A DNA stretch of 64,000 nt from Narcine bancroftii. Taxonomy: Eukaryota. The DNA lies in contig NC_091479.1 of assembly GCF_036971445.1 (NCBI RefSeq), forward strand, positions 85,188,001-85,252,000, read 5' to 3'. Every line of letters starts with the position of its first letter. Position 1 is the first letter of the stretch. The position numbers and the translations under genes are program-made. Below the pieces are notes generated by a model. That model worked only from the letters and a program-made list of their open reading frames with translations. It was not told the DNA's origin and did no database searches. Shown here in pieces: positions 63,386 through 64,000 of this stretch.

Positions 63386-64000
63386 TTCACTCAGTTTATA
63401 GCTCTGATATGTCATTGTGAAAGGAAATTGTGCATCCTTTATGTGATAACATTATTATCTTGAATAAAATAAATGATCAGCTTTAAATAAACCCTAAGAG
63501 CATCTCAAGGGACAACATAATTATTCCATATTACAACGCGCATCACCTCAGTGCCTCCAGACCAGAAGTAATTTTTTAATTCATTGACACAAGGTGGGTG
63601 TTTTTTGCCTCTCCCAAGTAATCCCTAAGCATCTTTGAAATCACATGGGATATGCCGAAATCTTTTCAAAAGCAGCCAGTTAAACATTCTCCCATAACAA
63701 TAAACTTTACGCTCATAAACTTTAAAGATGTACATACCAGAATTCTCTATTATTATTCAAGGACTTTATCAAATTGAAGTCTGCTTCAATGAATGCAGTA
63801 CAGATGGCATGTAAAAACTGAATGCACAATAGCAGCTCCCCATGGGCATTCTGTAGTCACTGGACAGTCACCACTTTAAAGGCATTCTTTGCAGGAAAAT
63901 ATTGTACTTTGTTTTAAGAGGGCCAGCATAACTGCATCAGCATCACAGAAGGTATAAAAAGTCAACGTCAGCTCAACCTTTTGCAACTCTTGTATTACTT

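Overview
This is vertebrate genomic DNA, most likely from a cartilaginous fish (ray/shark; inferred from the repeat families), not a prokaryotic locus. Three minus-strand genes lie in the same order as I recall at human 7q31: the first coding exon and promoter of SAMTOR (BMT2/C7orf60; 11301-11466), the intronless GPCR GPR85/SREB2 (41990-43117), and a 58-aa SMIM30 microprotein (50264-50440) that is missing from the ORF track because it is shorter than any ORF listed. The rest is mostly transposon-derived: Rex1/Babar-like, RTE, CR1-like and L1-like LINE fragments, a Penelope-like element with many short terminal-repeat fragments carrying degenerate hammerhead-ribozyme cores, solo LTRs with 5-bp TSDs, an LTR with a tRNA-Pro PBS, SINEs, and hAT and Tc1/mariner MITEs, several of them nested. 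There is also a GGGGCC-containing 26-bp minisatellite in SAMTOR intron 1 and a 161-N gap inside a solo LTR. I found no convincing wholly new biological system; the best leads are the hidden microprotein, the GPR173-like residues and uORF/GUG leader of GPR85, the hammerhead cores and some chimeric retroinsertions. Repeat boundaries without TSDs are approximate, and comparisons with human proteins and named repeat families are from memory, not from a search.
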